Positions 1 through 13,410 of a stretch of DNA of 64,000 bases are shown piece after piece. Location of the stretch: assembly GCA_024679065.1 (NCBI GenBank), contig JAGIQG010000008.1:30442001-30506000 (forward strand), given 5' to 3'. How positions within the stretch are numbered: the stretch's first letter is position 1; each line of letters starts with the position of its first letter. Position numbers and translations under genes: made by a program. The stretch is from Sphyrna mokarran (Eukaryota). Under the pieces are notes generated by a model. It saw only the letters and a program-made list of their open reading frames with translations, made no database searches and had not been told where the DNA came from.

Positions 1-2395
1 GCGGATGTCTTGCTTTGGGCCCCACTCCACCAGCAGGTACATCCATCAGTCATAATGAGATAGACGCACCCCCAGTCCATTAACCATATGCAATTCCATC
101 AGAACTTTCCTTTCAGTAGGTCCGCAGGGGGTGGTCCCCAACAAATACTGATAAATTATCAATGCTGACCCCACTTAGCAGGCATCAATTGGCCTCCAGG
201 TGAGAAGGCCATCTCGAGCCTTTCCTCTGTGCACTTAATTGGAAAGAGGCAGGAAAATGGTGGGATCTCTCCTCTGCACTTTTCCGTCTGGAGAACTACA
301 ATGCCCCTGGTCCAGTCCACATACCCCCTGCCTGATTTGGGCCCTGAGTTTTCAATAGATTATTGGAATTTTTGCCAGTTGGTGAGTAATTGATTATTTC
401 CCAGTGGCTTTTACTTCAGGAATGCAGCCAAGAATTCATTATGATTGTTCATAATAAAGGGCTGATAAAAGTGTGGGATGTAGAGCAATACAGATCTGGA
501 GTTACATCCACAGGAACTGGAGTCAGATTAGGCACTCATGGATAGCCCACCTGTAATATATCCATGCTGACTTTCTCTTCCTTCCCCAGGTACTCTGCTA
601 CCTGCCCTTTGAGTCTCTGGGGTTTAAGGGGTACAATCTCATGTTTGTCAATGGAGAATTGCAGAAGAGTACCATGAATTGGGACACCTACTCTGACAAA
701 TCCTGGAGGATTCCTGACAGCAGCCAAGGTTATGGAACTAAAAGGGTTAATAATCACACATGGTTAAAAATTACATGAACTGCCATCTGAACCTCAGTCA
801 CACAAGGAAAGCTATGTACAGATGACAGGTTTTTATTAACATAAGCCTAGATAAAAGTCAAGGACCATCTAATTGAATGATGTACAGTTGCAATTCATTC
901 TGCCCATTATAACAAGGAACAGTAGAAAGAGAGATTGAGATGCCATTAGTCAGAGATATAGCTTTCATTTCTTGATGATATAACAGGCACAAGTTTTAAT
1001 TGGATATTATACCCTTATGTATGCATGATGTAACCTTATTCAGTAGAGATAATTCCTATATGTCTATTGATATATGTTAATTACTTGTAATCAAAGCTGA
1101 GACTTTAATTGCCTATGTTTTTCTAAAATTTTCACTCTGAATTGTCATTTAGGGTCCTATAACCAAAGTGAAGTTCATCTTGAAACCATTCTATTACTTT
1201 ATCAGGCTACTTGAAAGGAATGATAATTTTAAATACAACAAGAAAATCATTGTAACAATCTCTAACAAGAACCACTGCTTCTTGCAATAGCATGAATTTC
1301 ATTATTCATGTACCAGTCATGTGGATTATAGAGATAAGTTATCATCAGCCAGCCCTAGTTACCCCACAACCATCCTCTGGTTTGACATGATGACTAAAAG
1401 ATTGTTGAAATGGCAGAAGATGAATGTATCAAGACTGCTGCCAGGATAGTGGGCATTCGCTGGCATGATGTGCTAATTGTAGGTGCACTCTATCTGACCA
1501 CTGCCCAAGTGGTCACTTTTGGGGTTGCAGTGCACCTCGTCAGCAAAATCATGTTATCTAGTTAATGACATCCTGCACCATGTGGCAATGGCTTTGACAA
1601 TAGATTTCAGCCCCAAATTACTTACAGACATGTTGAGCTTTTAAGTTGTTTTCTTTTTTAAAGGACACACAAGCAAAAACTGACTGAAATTGCAAAATAA
1701 CCTCTTGCTAGAGTTTCTATGTGGATTGACCAACCAGTCAAGAGAGAAAGTTGCACCTTCTTTCAGATAGAGAAAGAAAAAACTGAACTGTAATCCCCTG
1801 AGTTATATCCTAGACTATGGACATGATGTGAGTTGAAATAAAGTATTCTGGGCAAAAGGCATGTTTGTGTTTTTCCTTGCAGGAATATATGAGACAAGGG
1901 GTTAAAAACCAATTGTAATACTAATGTCTGTGCGCTAGTCTGGTGTTCCAGTTCTACTCTGCTCGTGTGTGCTGTGAAGGTTGCAGCTGAAGAACATTCT
2001 CTAGACATTCCCATGCTTACAAGGAGAAAAGTTGCTCCTTCTCTGATTGCTGGTTGCAATTCAAGTCAGCAAAGCCACAGTACAGAAGGAACAGGACAAC
2101 TTCTCTTAGCTAACCTGCAGCACCTGGAATCTCCAAACCAATTGTTCAACTGTCGAAGTCACCTCTATTGGAATTGCCCAACCTAACAGCCACATGTCTC
2201 ACCATCTACTCCTCACGGATCATCTATATATACCTTTTCACTTTAATTTTGAATTCACTTCTCATTTCTAATCTGAGTGCATGTATGTAGCATTTCTCTC
2301 ATTTTTTTCTCATGTTTTAGTCATTAGTAAACTCACTCCTTCTTTAACTCAAGAAAGTCTAGTTAAACTGCATCCTTTTAACACAAATATATTTA

Positions 2396-3558
2396 GGGCC
2401 CAATTTTACCATTGCAGCGTGCCCGGAAACAGGCACAAAAACTTGGATAAAGTTGGGCGTGAGGCGATTAGCTTGATCCATGCCCGCGTCTGTGCAGATG
2501 CCCAATTTACCAAGGCTCAAAAATGGCCACGATCCGAACCTCACCCAAATGCGTGCAAATCCATTTGCATGCACTTAAATTGAATTAATGAACCATCCCA
2601 ACTTTACCAGCATTTCCCCCTTTACCATCATGTTCGCGTGGCCACATTCGGTGTGAAACAGGCACACTCAGCAAAGGTCTGTTTCGGGCGCTCCACTTCT
2701 GAACAGATAAGTTCAGAGTTTCCAATGGTTCTGTGACTCAGATTGGTTGTGGGAGATAGGGGAAGGGAGGTGGGCCTGAGAGGAGGGTGGGAGGAGGGAG
2801 GCTAGATCATTTTTTGATTGGGGAGGGGTGGGCACGGAGGAGGGAGGCCCAATCATTTGCTGGTGGAGGGAGAAGGGAGGCCAGATCATTGTCTGGTGAG
2901 GGTAGGAAGGAGGAAGGCCAGATCGTTCTCTGATGGGGGTGGGATAAGGGAAGCCTGATCGCTCTGTAATGGGGGTGGCCAGATGGTTTTCTGGTGGGGG
3001 GAGGACGGAGGAGGGAGGGGACAGATCATTCTCCAGTGCAGTGCAGGAGGTAGGCCAGATTGCTCTCTGGTGGGAGAGAGGTGGTGTGGGAGGGAGGCCA
3101 GATGGATTTCTGGCATGTGGGGTGGGGTGGGGCGGAGTGACCGCTGCCACTTTGTGGGTGATCAGTGGGGTAGGGGGCAGTAGGTCACAATCGGTCTGGG
3201 TAGTGGGCAGGCGGATGGATAAGGGGGGAGCAGTTATTTGTGGGGAGTTGGAGCAATGTCTGTGGGGTGTTTGCTCCTACTTTTCATTCCCAGGCCGCTT
3301 TATTTGCTTTTTACGATCTGGGAGCAATGTGACAGCAGCGCACTCATCACTTTTTTTCCACCGCACATGCACAGTTGAAAGCTCCAATCAGAGCAGCACC
3401 ATTTCAGGTATGATAAGCCCAGCCCACAGCGCAATTCAGAATTGTGATTTTTTTTCCCAGGCTGAGTGCGTACGAGGGTAGCTGAGAGCAGTTTTCCAAA
3501 TTGGATCCGAATTGTGCTCGGATTCAGCACTTGGAATGAAAATGGTAAAGTTGGGTCC
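2396..3558. mobile_element. Non-autonomous TIR DNA element (PIF/Harbinger-like), ~1.16 kb
   Basis: Left end GGGCCCAATTTTACCATT; reverse complement of right end GGACCCAACTTTACCATT; G-rich degenerate internal repeats (ggccagatc...) at ~2760-3110; no transposase ORF. Confidence 0.6.
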
Positions 3559-6500
3559 TCGGACAGGGAGAAGGGATTCTAGAGAAAAGGGATCCTTATA
3601 AATTAACTGCGTTGTGACAAGCTGAGGGGTTTAAATAAAGAAGGGGGAACCAGTTCATCCCTCCTTCACTCAGGAGCATAACAACTTGGGGGTATCTTGT
3701 CCAGAATCATCATAAATTGGGAGACCTCACCTGGGGTCTAGACATAACACTGTATCTTGAGTAAGTCACAAATGCACTCTGGCTGCTTCTCTCTGTTCAC
3801 AGGGAAAACAATAATGTTTCCTCTCCCGCCATACCGAGGCTCTGTCACTGCTGAAGACAGAAAAGGACAGTGAACTGGAGCATGTTAGGTAAGTCACCTG
3901 TTCTGGCTTTGAAGGATTCCAATATAAAATAATTCAGGGCCACCTTCACAGACACTGGCAGTGCCACTCTGAAATTACAAATCTGCTTCCAAGATGCGAC
4001 TAAATTCCACGAGCACCTCCTTTGCGAATTGCAGATAACAAACACACTTCAGTGGAAGAAAGAAGTGTTCTCAGAAGACCCTGGGTAAACAAGACTTCTT
4101 GTTGAAAGCCCTTCTGTCCCTCCCAAGTGAACACCTTGTCTTTGCATTTGCTGCTATTAATATCTGCTACTATAGCCCCCACTATAAAAGCAAGTGGTGT
4201 GCCCAAAACCCTGGCAGTCAAAGGCTCCTTTGCATGCAGCACCACCTGCGCACTTCATCAACTGTAACCAACTCCTCCAAACACCCAGCACTTCCACCAA
4301 CTCTAAGAAATCCAGCAGAAATTATGTTCCGGCTGCTACACGGTATGTCGATGGCCATTTGCATTGCTTACTGGTCTTGCTGTCAGGGAGCATGTCACTG
4401 GGGCTGGTCACACAGATCCCACTGGCGGGAAGGGCTGGAAAATCCCACCTCAAGAAACTGCTGAGCTCTCTTTAGATTTTGCAAGACGTGTGGCATAAAG
4501 GACCATTGGCGGCAGCAGTACACTGGGGTACAGCTACAAAGAGCCATGTACTGATCCAAACAGACCATACACAACACCTGCCTTCATACAATAAGAATGA
4601 TCCAGTATCCTGTCAGATACGTTTCCACGAGGTGACTGAGGAACTAGAAAGTGACGATGATGTGCACGATGAGATGAAGAACGCATGTTTCACACTGACA
4701 ATCTCATGGAAAACATTAATGCTATTTCTCCTCTAAAGTATTTGCTAAACTTCTAATTATTTACCTTAAGAAAGTTGGTTATTACTTGTTATTGGTCAAA
4801 TGGATGTAGGTGCAAGTACCAATATACCCATGCGAATTCTAAATGACGTGTCCATTGACACGGAAGGCCATGGTAAAATCTACTGCTGTGAAACTCTCAG
4901 CGTACAATGGTTCACAAACTCCCAGTGGAAGTTCCATAGTCCTGGTTTGTAAATACAATCAATCCTCCTGCGTGCCACGGATGTTCTACATCATGAAAAA
5001 TGAGGTTTAGCAATTGTAGTGTGCTATGATTTCTTGGTAGCCATAATCTATGGATTTAATCTCATGCATAGGTACAGAATTGCTAAATTTACAGTTTGAA
5101 CAATAAGTTTAAATCCAGGATCCCTTCAGAAGGTATATAGCAACCAGCCAAAGTGACAAGAATTTGTTTAGCACAAAGGTGTGTAACTGAAGACAAATCA
5201 GATCCATTCCAGCTTTCAACCACCATACAGTCCTACTGAATTTAGATTAGAATCCTGAATATAAGCAGGAATAATATCCAAGGATTACAATTACGAGCAA
5301 TTAAAGAAACTTCCAGACAAAGTTATCTGAGTTACTGGTAGATTACCTTTACACTTTAGAGAATCAAAGACTCATCAGTTTTATAGACTTATTATAGCAA
5401 ATAAACATGAACATGCATTGTAAATAGTTTATTGGAAAAGGGCAAATTATCTTTAAAAAGGAAGGCGATGTTGTAATATGTCTTTAAAGGGATAGCATCA
5501 TGACATTCTTTTATAGGAAGTGTATCATGTGATCCAACCTCCATTTTAATTTGGCTTGGAGCAGAATACAGCTCTAATGTCCTTGAGCTCTCCAATCCTT
5601 TGTAATAGGTTCATGTGTGCCTAGAATTAATAATTGAACCCACAAGTTTCTTGCACAAATCTTTGACTGATTTGTGTCCTTATATCATTATATCACACAC
5701 AACAGATTTTAATTGAAGTTGTTTGCTTTCTGGCTATAATTTGCTTGCCTTATACCAATGAGATCCAGCCACCAAAATAAACAGGGCCCCTGTTGAGGCA
5801 GTGGGCAACCAAGGTAGAGAGATGTTTGACCAGCCTGCCACCCGAACAAAATCCAGCTCATTGTAACTAATATTGCTTTCATTATTCAAGTGAATTTGCA
5901 GCCTCTATTTGATAATAGTTTGAAATGCAACCCATGCTATGTTGAGTGCTACTGCTTTGTTTCAGCTGTCTGACATCTAATTTTATCTTTTTTTATGTGT
6001 GAAAGAAGTGTACTTGCTAGTGACATGGTTTTCCTGAAAATCTTCTTGGATTATGTGATCCCCTGCCCCCTCAGAGTTTATATATTATTTCTTACAAGAG
6101 CTCTGAATGTGGGTTCACCTTTCTCAGAAATGCAGTGGTTGACAAGTGTCAAGTTCTCTTGTCATCCTCCTCCTAGTCTTGTGTAATAAGGCATCTCTAG
6201 GGAAGAGCTGTGGTCAGAAATTCAGTTCAGGAGCAGAAGGAAATTTCTATCAGGACCATTTATGGGTCTCGACCCCAGGCCATGTCATACCACATCACTT
6301 TCAATGGGAGAGGCCCAAGGCGAGTTCAGTGTACAAATAGGAACAGCAGGCCCAGGGAGGAGGTGGGAACTGGTTACGGAAGACAATTTTAAGAGGCAAA
6401 CAGCAGCCATCACAGGGCTTACCCTTTCCTGCAGAAACAGAACAGGCTGCATGGAGGGTCAATAACCTCATGATCTTCACAAGTCCTCAACAGCTTTCTT

Positions 6501-6882
6501 CTCAGGTCACTCTGCTCAAGCGATGGCAGCTTTGAACACCTCAGTTGGACTATCCTTTTTTATAGGAGGTTTGTCATCAGCAGCCATTGTCAATAATGGC
6601 TCCTTGCTGAGAAATAGCAGTCTGCTCCCTCTTCCCATTGTTAACTTTGAAATGTCATTCTGTTCCTCTCCAGTCTATTAGAAGCAAGTGAGTTGGAGGT
6701 ATGTGGGTTGCTGGCCCGTCTTCCCTTTAAAAACTTCAGTGTGTCACAGGAGTGTCAAGGCTGACATGTCAAGGAGCGCACTATTTTCAAAGCATGCCTG
6801 CACCTCACCTCACATCCCCATCAGCAATTGAAAATCTTGCCAATGAATTGTATCTGTCCACTTCTTCAATACCTTAAGAATG

Positions 6883-7152
6883 CAGTGATTAGCACTGCTG
6901 CCTTACAGAGCCAGGGGCCCAGGTTCAATTCCAGCCTTGGGTGGCTTTCTTGTGGAGTTTGCACATTCTCCCCATGTTTGTATGGGTTTCCTCCAAGTGC
7001 TCTGGTTTCTTCCCACACTCCAACATGTGCAGGTTAGATTGATTGGCCTTGCTAAATTGCCCCTTAGTATCAGGAGATTACCAGGGTAAATCCTGGTGGG
7101 TTTCCAGGATTAGGGCTTGGATGGAACTAGTGTCAGTGCAGATTTGATGGGC
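6883..7152 (+). mobile_element. HE1/V-SINE-type tRNA-derived SINE
   Basis: tRNA-like head (gtgattagcactgctgcc, ggttcaattcc) plus V-core GGAGTTTGCACATTCTCCC...GGTTTC. Confidence 0.8.
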
Positions 7153-7195
7153 ATTGTGGGTCAATCCACAGAATGTGAACTGCAATGATTCAAAA

Positions 7196-7346
7196 GTGGT
7201 AAGAAGTCTGACAACACCAGGTTGTGGATTGTGTGCTGTTGGAGAGCAGAACACCTCATTCACCGAAGGCCATAGGTCGAAAGCTTGTGAGTTTACTATC
7301 AAATAAATCAGTTGGATTTAAACCTGGTGTTGTCAGACTTCTTACC
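7196..7346 (+). mobile_element. Miniature Penelope-like element with inverted termini and decayed hammerhead
   Basis: 27-bp inverted termini tggtaagaagtctgacaacaccaggtt; 11-bp TSD atgattcaaaa (7185-7195, 7347-7357); internal ATTCAC..GAAGGC-catag-GTCGAAAGCTTGTGAGT. Confidence 0.8.
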
Positions 7347-8379
7347 ATGATTCAAAAAGGCAGCTCTCCATCATCTTCTGAAGGGCAACTAGGGTTAGGC
7401 AATAAATGCTGGCCAGCGATGTCCATCTTCCACAAATGAATAAAAAAAAACTTTCTTCCTCATGCACTAGGGATTCTATAAGTAGACCTGTGTTACTACT
7501 GACCATGCTTTACCTATCTCTTTACTCCAATTTTGAATTCTTTCATAATTCAACCAAATAAACATTTGTCTACTCCTTCTCAATGTAGCTCAAAACTAAT
7601 TAATACAATTAGTGTTTCTCTTTCTTCCAACAGCTGATCTATTACATGGGAAATATAGTCATTGGGGCTGAGAACAGCAAAGCTACATGTAAATCAGCAG
7701 GTTCCACATATAATTGTCAGCCAATAAATATTAGATCAATAGCAGTTTCTGAGCTTATAAGCTATAAATTGATTACAGTTAAAATAATGTACGTCCCCCA
7801 ACATCTCTGCAGCTTAACATTTTCATAGACTTCAAGGCCAGATTCCAGTTGATTCGTGATGACCTTATTCAAAATGATAAGAAACACTTGCATTTCTATT
7901 GCGCCTTTTATGACTAGCTAATGTCTCAAACCACATTATAGTCTATCAGGTATTTTTGAGACATAGCCACTGTTATAACGTAGGATGCATTAAGCATTTG
8001 GGATTCAAATGCTCTCGAGAACTCGTTCAGCCCAAGTCAAGAAAATCCCAGCCAATGTCTCTTTCAGAAGTAAGAGCAAAACTTTCAATGCCACTGCTTT
8101 CAAGACAACTGAAATTGATCCCAAAAATGGAAAGATCTAAATTGAGAATACTTATTATTAGCAAATATAGTTACATTTTACATTAAAAGACAGTAGAGCT
8201 GGATTTTCCTTCTGGGAACAGGAAGCAGAGTTCAGGATTGTTTCAGGTCTCGAACATGCTCCCAGGGGAAACAGTCATTTATTACAATTTTCAAAAGGTT
8301 CATGGGAGTCTCAAAAGTGGAGGGCCAATCAAAGCTTTTCAGGCTATGAATCAGCTAAGCAAGAGATCACTCTATGATG

Positions 8380-8670
8380 ACATAGAACATAGAACATTAC
8401 AGCACAGAACAGGGCCTTCGGCCTTCGATGTTGCGCCGACCAATATAAAAAGCAATGCCCCTCCAAACTAAACCATTCCCTTCCCTTCCATATACTTATC
8501 AACTAACCTCTGAAACGCCACCAAACTTGGTGCATCTACAACTGCTGCAGGCAGGGCATTCCACTCCCAAACCACCCTTTGGGTAAAGAACCTACCTCTG
8601 ATATCTGTCCTATAACTATCACCCCTTAATTTAAAGCTGTGTCCCCTCGTGCTAGCTGGCTGTGCCCTCT
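8380..8670 (-). mobile_element. CR1 LINE 3' fragment
   Basis: ORF 8468-8683 TRGHSFKLRGDSYRTDIRGRFFTQRVV is a CR1 ORF2 C-terminus; ends in ggccgaaggcctgttc and a (TTCTATG)n tail. Confidence 0.85.
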
Positions 8671-9321
8671 CCAATTTTCCCAATCTCTAATTAAAAAATT
8701 GCTTTTGCAGCCAGGCCACCACTGTGGGAGAATGGGGTGTCAGTGGAGATAGCACCCGACCTACCACAGTACCACAATCAGAACAGGCAGGGAGGACCCC
8801 TCGGTCTGCCTGAACTGCTGGCCACACACCAGCCCTCTGCCAGGAAACTATCACAAAATGGCCCTTGTTACCTGTGAAAACCTGGAGAATGAATATTGGC
8901 CTCTGCTAACTGGCCTCAAATAGGTTCTTAATAAGCCTGATCAGCTACACACCACAAATGGGCAAAAATTGATTGTACATGGAAGTGGGAAAATGTATAT
9001 TTACCTATTTATTATTGACACAAGGAAGCTTACATTAACACTGCAATGAAGTTACTATGGTGCGGCCGATGGGATGATTTGCATCTCTCCATCCACCTCC
9101 AATCCCAACCCCAGTATAGGCTGTACGTCCAGCTCACAGTTTAACAGCAATTGGCTCCTAACAGTTGCAATGTAGCAATTGGTATGAAGCAAACAGTTAA
9201 AAAAAATTGAAATGCTCCTCTGCTTAGATGAATGGACCATTTCAGAATGCGCATGCTGGTTGGCTGAACTCTGTGTTTTGATGGAACCACAGACAAAATT
9301 TTGCTTTCCTTAACTAAAGTG

Positions 9322-9643
9322 GAATCAAAGAATCCCTAAGTGCAGAAGAAGAGCCACTTAACCCATCGAGAATGCACCAACCACAATCCCACCTAGGTCC
9401 TATTCCTGTAACTCCCCATATTTACCCTCCGAATCCCCCTGAAACCAAGATCAAGTTAACAAGGCCAATCAATCTAACTCACACATCTTTGAACTGTGGG
9501 AAGAAACCAGAGCACCCAGAGGAAACCCATGTAGATACAGGGAGAATGTGTAAACTCCACAGAGTCATCCTAGGCTGGATCTGAACCTGGGTCTCTGGCG
9601 CTGAGAGTTATCAGTGATAACCACTGTGACACCATGCCACCCC
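9322..9643 (-). mobile_element. HE1/V-SINE-type SINE
   Basis: Reverse-strand head and V-core (gaaaccagagcacccagaggaaaccc), CR1-type tail. Confidence 0.8.
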
Positions 9644-10484
9644 AGATTACAATCTGGATCTGTCAATCTGATTTATGTTTACTGACTACACATTAGTTTA
9701 ATCATGACTCAGATCAGTAAAACTGCATTCTCACAAAAAGCAAAAACAAAAAAGTGGCAAAGTGAAAACCAATCAGATTCATTACTACATTCTGCTTTAC
9801 TTTAAAGTTTCCATCTTGAAGATTTCCCAATGCAGCCTCATTTTATGGGTGTAACACGGACTTTGGCATGATTCTGCATTTCATTCCTTTCAAATTTCAT
9901 AATTGACCTCTTTTGACATTTTCTCTAAGTTCTGGGCATTGATTCAAAAGATCAGATAAGCAGTTTATCTTGATAGAAAATGCCTGCTCACTACTTCCCT
10001 TTAATTACAGCCAAATGCTTGCAAATCGGAAAAACTGTTCAGTTTAAGAATTTAAAATGCCTACTTACAAAGCTATTTATACCATTGAATAACCTCACTC
10101 ATACAACATTCTCTTTTCCAACCAACTTGAAAAGAAATTATAGTCTTAAAATCACAGTCGTAACAATTCACTTGCAAGAATGAAATTGAGGAAAGCGCTG
10201 ATCTGTCACAAATATTGTTCAGACTTGATGCTACTCTGATACAGAAAATGGAAAATAACATGTTCTAAAATTGCTCCATCTTCACAAAAAGAGCTTAGCA
10301 AACCTTCGTACTGGAATGCTGTTAGTTTGCTCTAATTCTGCATGGAATTTTTTCTGACCTGATGCTGTTGTCACTTACCTCCTATCCTGTGAAAATTGTA
10401 CCAATGAATATATTCATCAGGCACCCATCAATTTTTAGTGGCTGCATTTCAGAATAGAGTCAGTCGCTCTGCTTAAATCAGGAT

Positions 10485-10885
10485 AGGTGAAAGAATGGAA
10501 CAGTACGTGTTCCCCAAATAACATACTGGATAGTATTTCATTCCCCAAGTGAACAAATGATATGGAACATCATTCCTCAAGTGAAAGAATGGAATGGTAC
10601 GTAATTCCCAAAGTGAAAAATTGGAAAGTAAGCCATTCCCAGAATGGGACAGTACATCATTCCCCAATTGAAATAATGGGGCAGCATGTCATTCCCAGAT
10701 GAGGACAATACAGCATTCCCAGAGTGGGACTGTAAATCATTCCCCAATTGAAAGAATAGGTCAATAAGCCATTTCCAGAATAAGGCTATACATCATTCCC
10801 AGAATGGGACAATACATTATTCCCAGAATGGGGCGCAACGTCATTCCCCAAGTGAAAGAATGGGATAGTATGTCATTCCCCAGAT
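10485..10885. repeat. Degenerate minisatellite, ~21-32 bp units
   Basis: Recurrent core CATTCCC(CAA/AG)-(GTGAAA)-GAATGGGACAGTACAT, more than 10 imperfect copies. Confidence 0.75.
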
Positions 10886-12891
10886 TTAGTCAAACACATG
10901 ATCCTTCCCTGCAGAGAAGGTCAGAATAAAACTGGGGCTTAATCCATTTTCAATTGCATTTGACACAAGGGGGCCATTTACAGCCCATGTTAGCCATCAG
11001 CATGAATGGAAAATATACCAAGAATTTGGAAATGCATTTCTTACCCGCAAGATTGCTTTTTCTGATTGTCCATGTCTCTCGCCAATGACGTCACCACAAA
11101 GGCGAGAACTTCATTTTAATTTTTTTTTGCACACATTTTAATCTAATTAGTCAACCCCTGCCCCTCACTGAATATTCAAATGACTCCTCGGCAAGGTTTA
11201 CAGCAGCTATGTAAAGACATGAATCAGCTGAGTGCATTCCCTGGGGGAGGTGGACATGCCTGGCCCAAGTTGACCTGAGGCAAGGGACAGTGCCAGCGGC
11301 AGCGGCACGAGAAAACCTCTGGAGAGTCCTACTGGTGAGAGGGTCCCATTATGCATGATGGAGTGTTAGAGGGGGCACTGAGGGCATCGAAGAGGGAATC
11401 ATCAGGCATTTGGGGTGTGCAGCAGTCATTGAGGGTGGATCTTGCAGGGACGGTGTAGGGAAGTGAGGGAGTGAGCGGGCAATGATGGGGGATCTTGCAG
11501 GCACGGTGGTTGGGGAAGTGGGCAATGAGGGGGAATCTTGCAGGCAAGGGGAAGAATTGGGCAATTAGAGGCGTACAGGCAATGGTGGGATGAGCAGTGA
11601 GGGGGGAACTTGAAGGCATGGGGAAGCAGATATTGAAGGAAGAACTTACAGACATGGGGGTGGGGGAGGGCGGAGAGCAGGCAGAAAGGGGGAAGAAATG
11701 TCTTAGATACTTCAGCTGTGGTTGTTGGCCATCAGCGGGGGAGAGTGGGAAGAGTCCCTGTTGATTATGCAATGCGCCGTGATGGTGGTAGGCGGGTGGG
11801 GTGGGTAGAAGAAGAGCCCCTGAACCCACTGTGCTGGGAGGCAGGGGAGGGGAATAGATGTTAACTTCGGAGCTGACTGGGGCACCCTTCAAAGATGGCA
11901 TTCTGATCACTATGGACCTCACCAGTGCATCTAGAGAGAGACAGGTCGGTTTTTCAGTCAGAGCTTGGCAAATAATGCAAAACTTCCATCCGAGGTGTAC
12001 ATTCATGTTGTTACTAATCCTGGTCCTGAAATTCCTATATCAGGAGAGCACACTGGAAACTGGGCAACAGATCTAATCATGGGATCACTTCTCTGTCCAT
12101 TGAAACTGGACAGATGTTTTTGGGTCTACCAGTGTGGCCAAGTTCCTGAGAAGCAATTTTACCTCGGTGTTTTCTTCCAACTGATATGTCAGTTTTGTTG
12201 TCAAATTTCAGAAAGGCAATTATTATCCTCCGTTTGAAAAACAGATTTCAAATTCCTGTGTCCCATAAGGAAATCCTATTGCATGTCAAAAATGCCAGCA
12301 ACTTGTAGAGCACCAACTGGAACGAAATGTGTGCTTTAGTCAAATACAACTGGACAAACAATTGTGCCGTTGATCAAGCAGAATGATGCCAGAGAAACGC
12401 ACTATATTTCATGCAAGCACTGCAACTCCTGGTTACACAACCCATGTACAGATGATGCAGTTTGCATCAGCAACTGCAAGGAGAAAGACAAATTAATACC
12501 TTAAATGTAACCTTTTAAAGTTCACCCCTTTGGTCCTCTTCAGAGGCCAGTGTTTCTAGCAATGACTATTTTATTTCAGATTTACAGGGGGGCATTCTTA
12601 ATTCTCAGAAATGGTTTTGGGTTGAGTGAGATGTGAAAAGCACTCACTTCTAGTTTTATCACAGTGAGGCAAACACTGAGCACACAATTTGCTCTCCTTG
12701 GGGTTGGTCATTTAAATATTATAACAAAGGTGCATACCTAATGATTTAACATATCTTCCAGGTACAATCTGGCAACTAAAGGGAGGCCAAGACTGCGTCA
12801 TGGAGAAAAGAAATGCTTTTACAGAGCTGGTTGTGGATCAGAGCATTTCCTCCTAGCCCACAAAGCTGACCTGTTTTCCCTAAATCACAGA

Positions 12892-13185
12892 GGGTGGCGA
12901 ATGGGTGGCATGGCTACTTCACAGCGCCAAGGACTTGGGTTCGAGTCCTGGCTTGGGTCACTGTCTGTGTGGAGTCTGCATGTTCTCCCCATGTCTGTGT
13001 GGGTTTCCTCCAGGTGCTCCAGTTTCCTCCTGCAATCCAAAAAATGTGCTTGCTAGGTGCATTGGCCATGCTAAGTTCTCCCTCAGTATATCCAAAATGG
13101 CACCAGAGTGTGAGACTAGGAGACTTTCACAGTAATTTCATTGCAGTGTCAATGCAAACCTATTTGTGACTAATAAATGAATCTT
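12892..13185 (+). mobile_element. V-SINE with alternative (type-2) tail
   Basis: tRNA head and V-core followed by ...cacagtaatttcattgcagtgtcaatgcaaacctatttgtgactaataaat. Confidence 0.75.
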
Positions 13186-13189
13186 ACTG

Positions 13190-13410
13190 TGGAACTTGTT
13201 GCCCCATAGTGTGGTACAGTCAGAATTATTAAGTGGTTTCAAGAAGGAGAAAGATATATTTTTGATAAGAAACAGGTTAAAGAAAAATTGGGAACAGCTA
13301 GGAAGGTAGATTTGAAACCAAAAAGAGATCAGCCATGATCTGATTGAATGGCTGACCAGGCTTGAAAGGCTGAATTGCTCACTTCTGCTCCTAATTCCCA
13401 TGTTCCTATG
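13190..13410 (+). mobile_element. CR1 LINE 3' fragment
   Basis: gatcagccatgatctgattgaatggc...ggctgaattgctcacttctgctcc and (atgttcct)n tail. Confidence 0.7.

Noticed and set aside
11329-12006. 225-aa Pro-rich ORF (likewise 2713-3481 and 51228-51628)
   Set aside because: Products of G/C-skewed low-complexity repeat interiors; no domain or splice support
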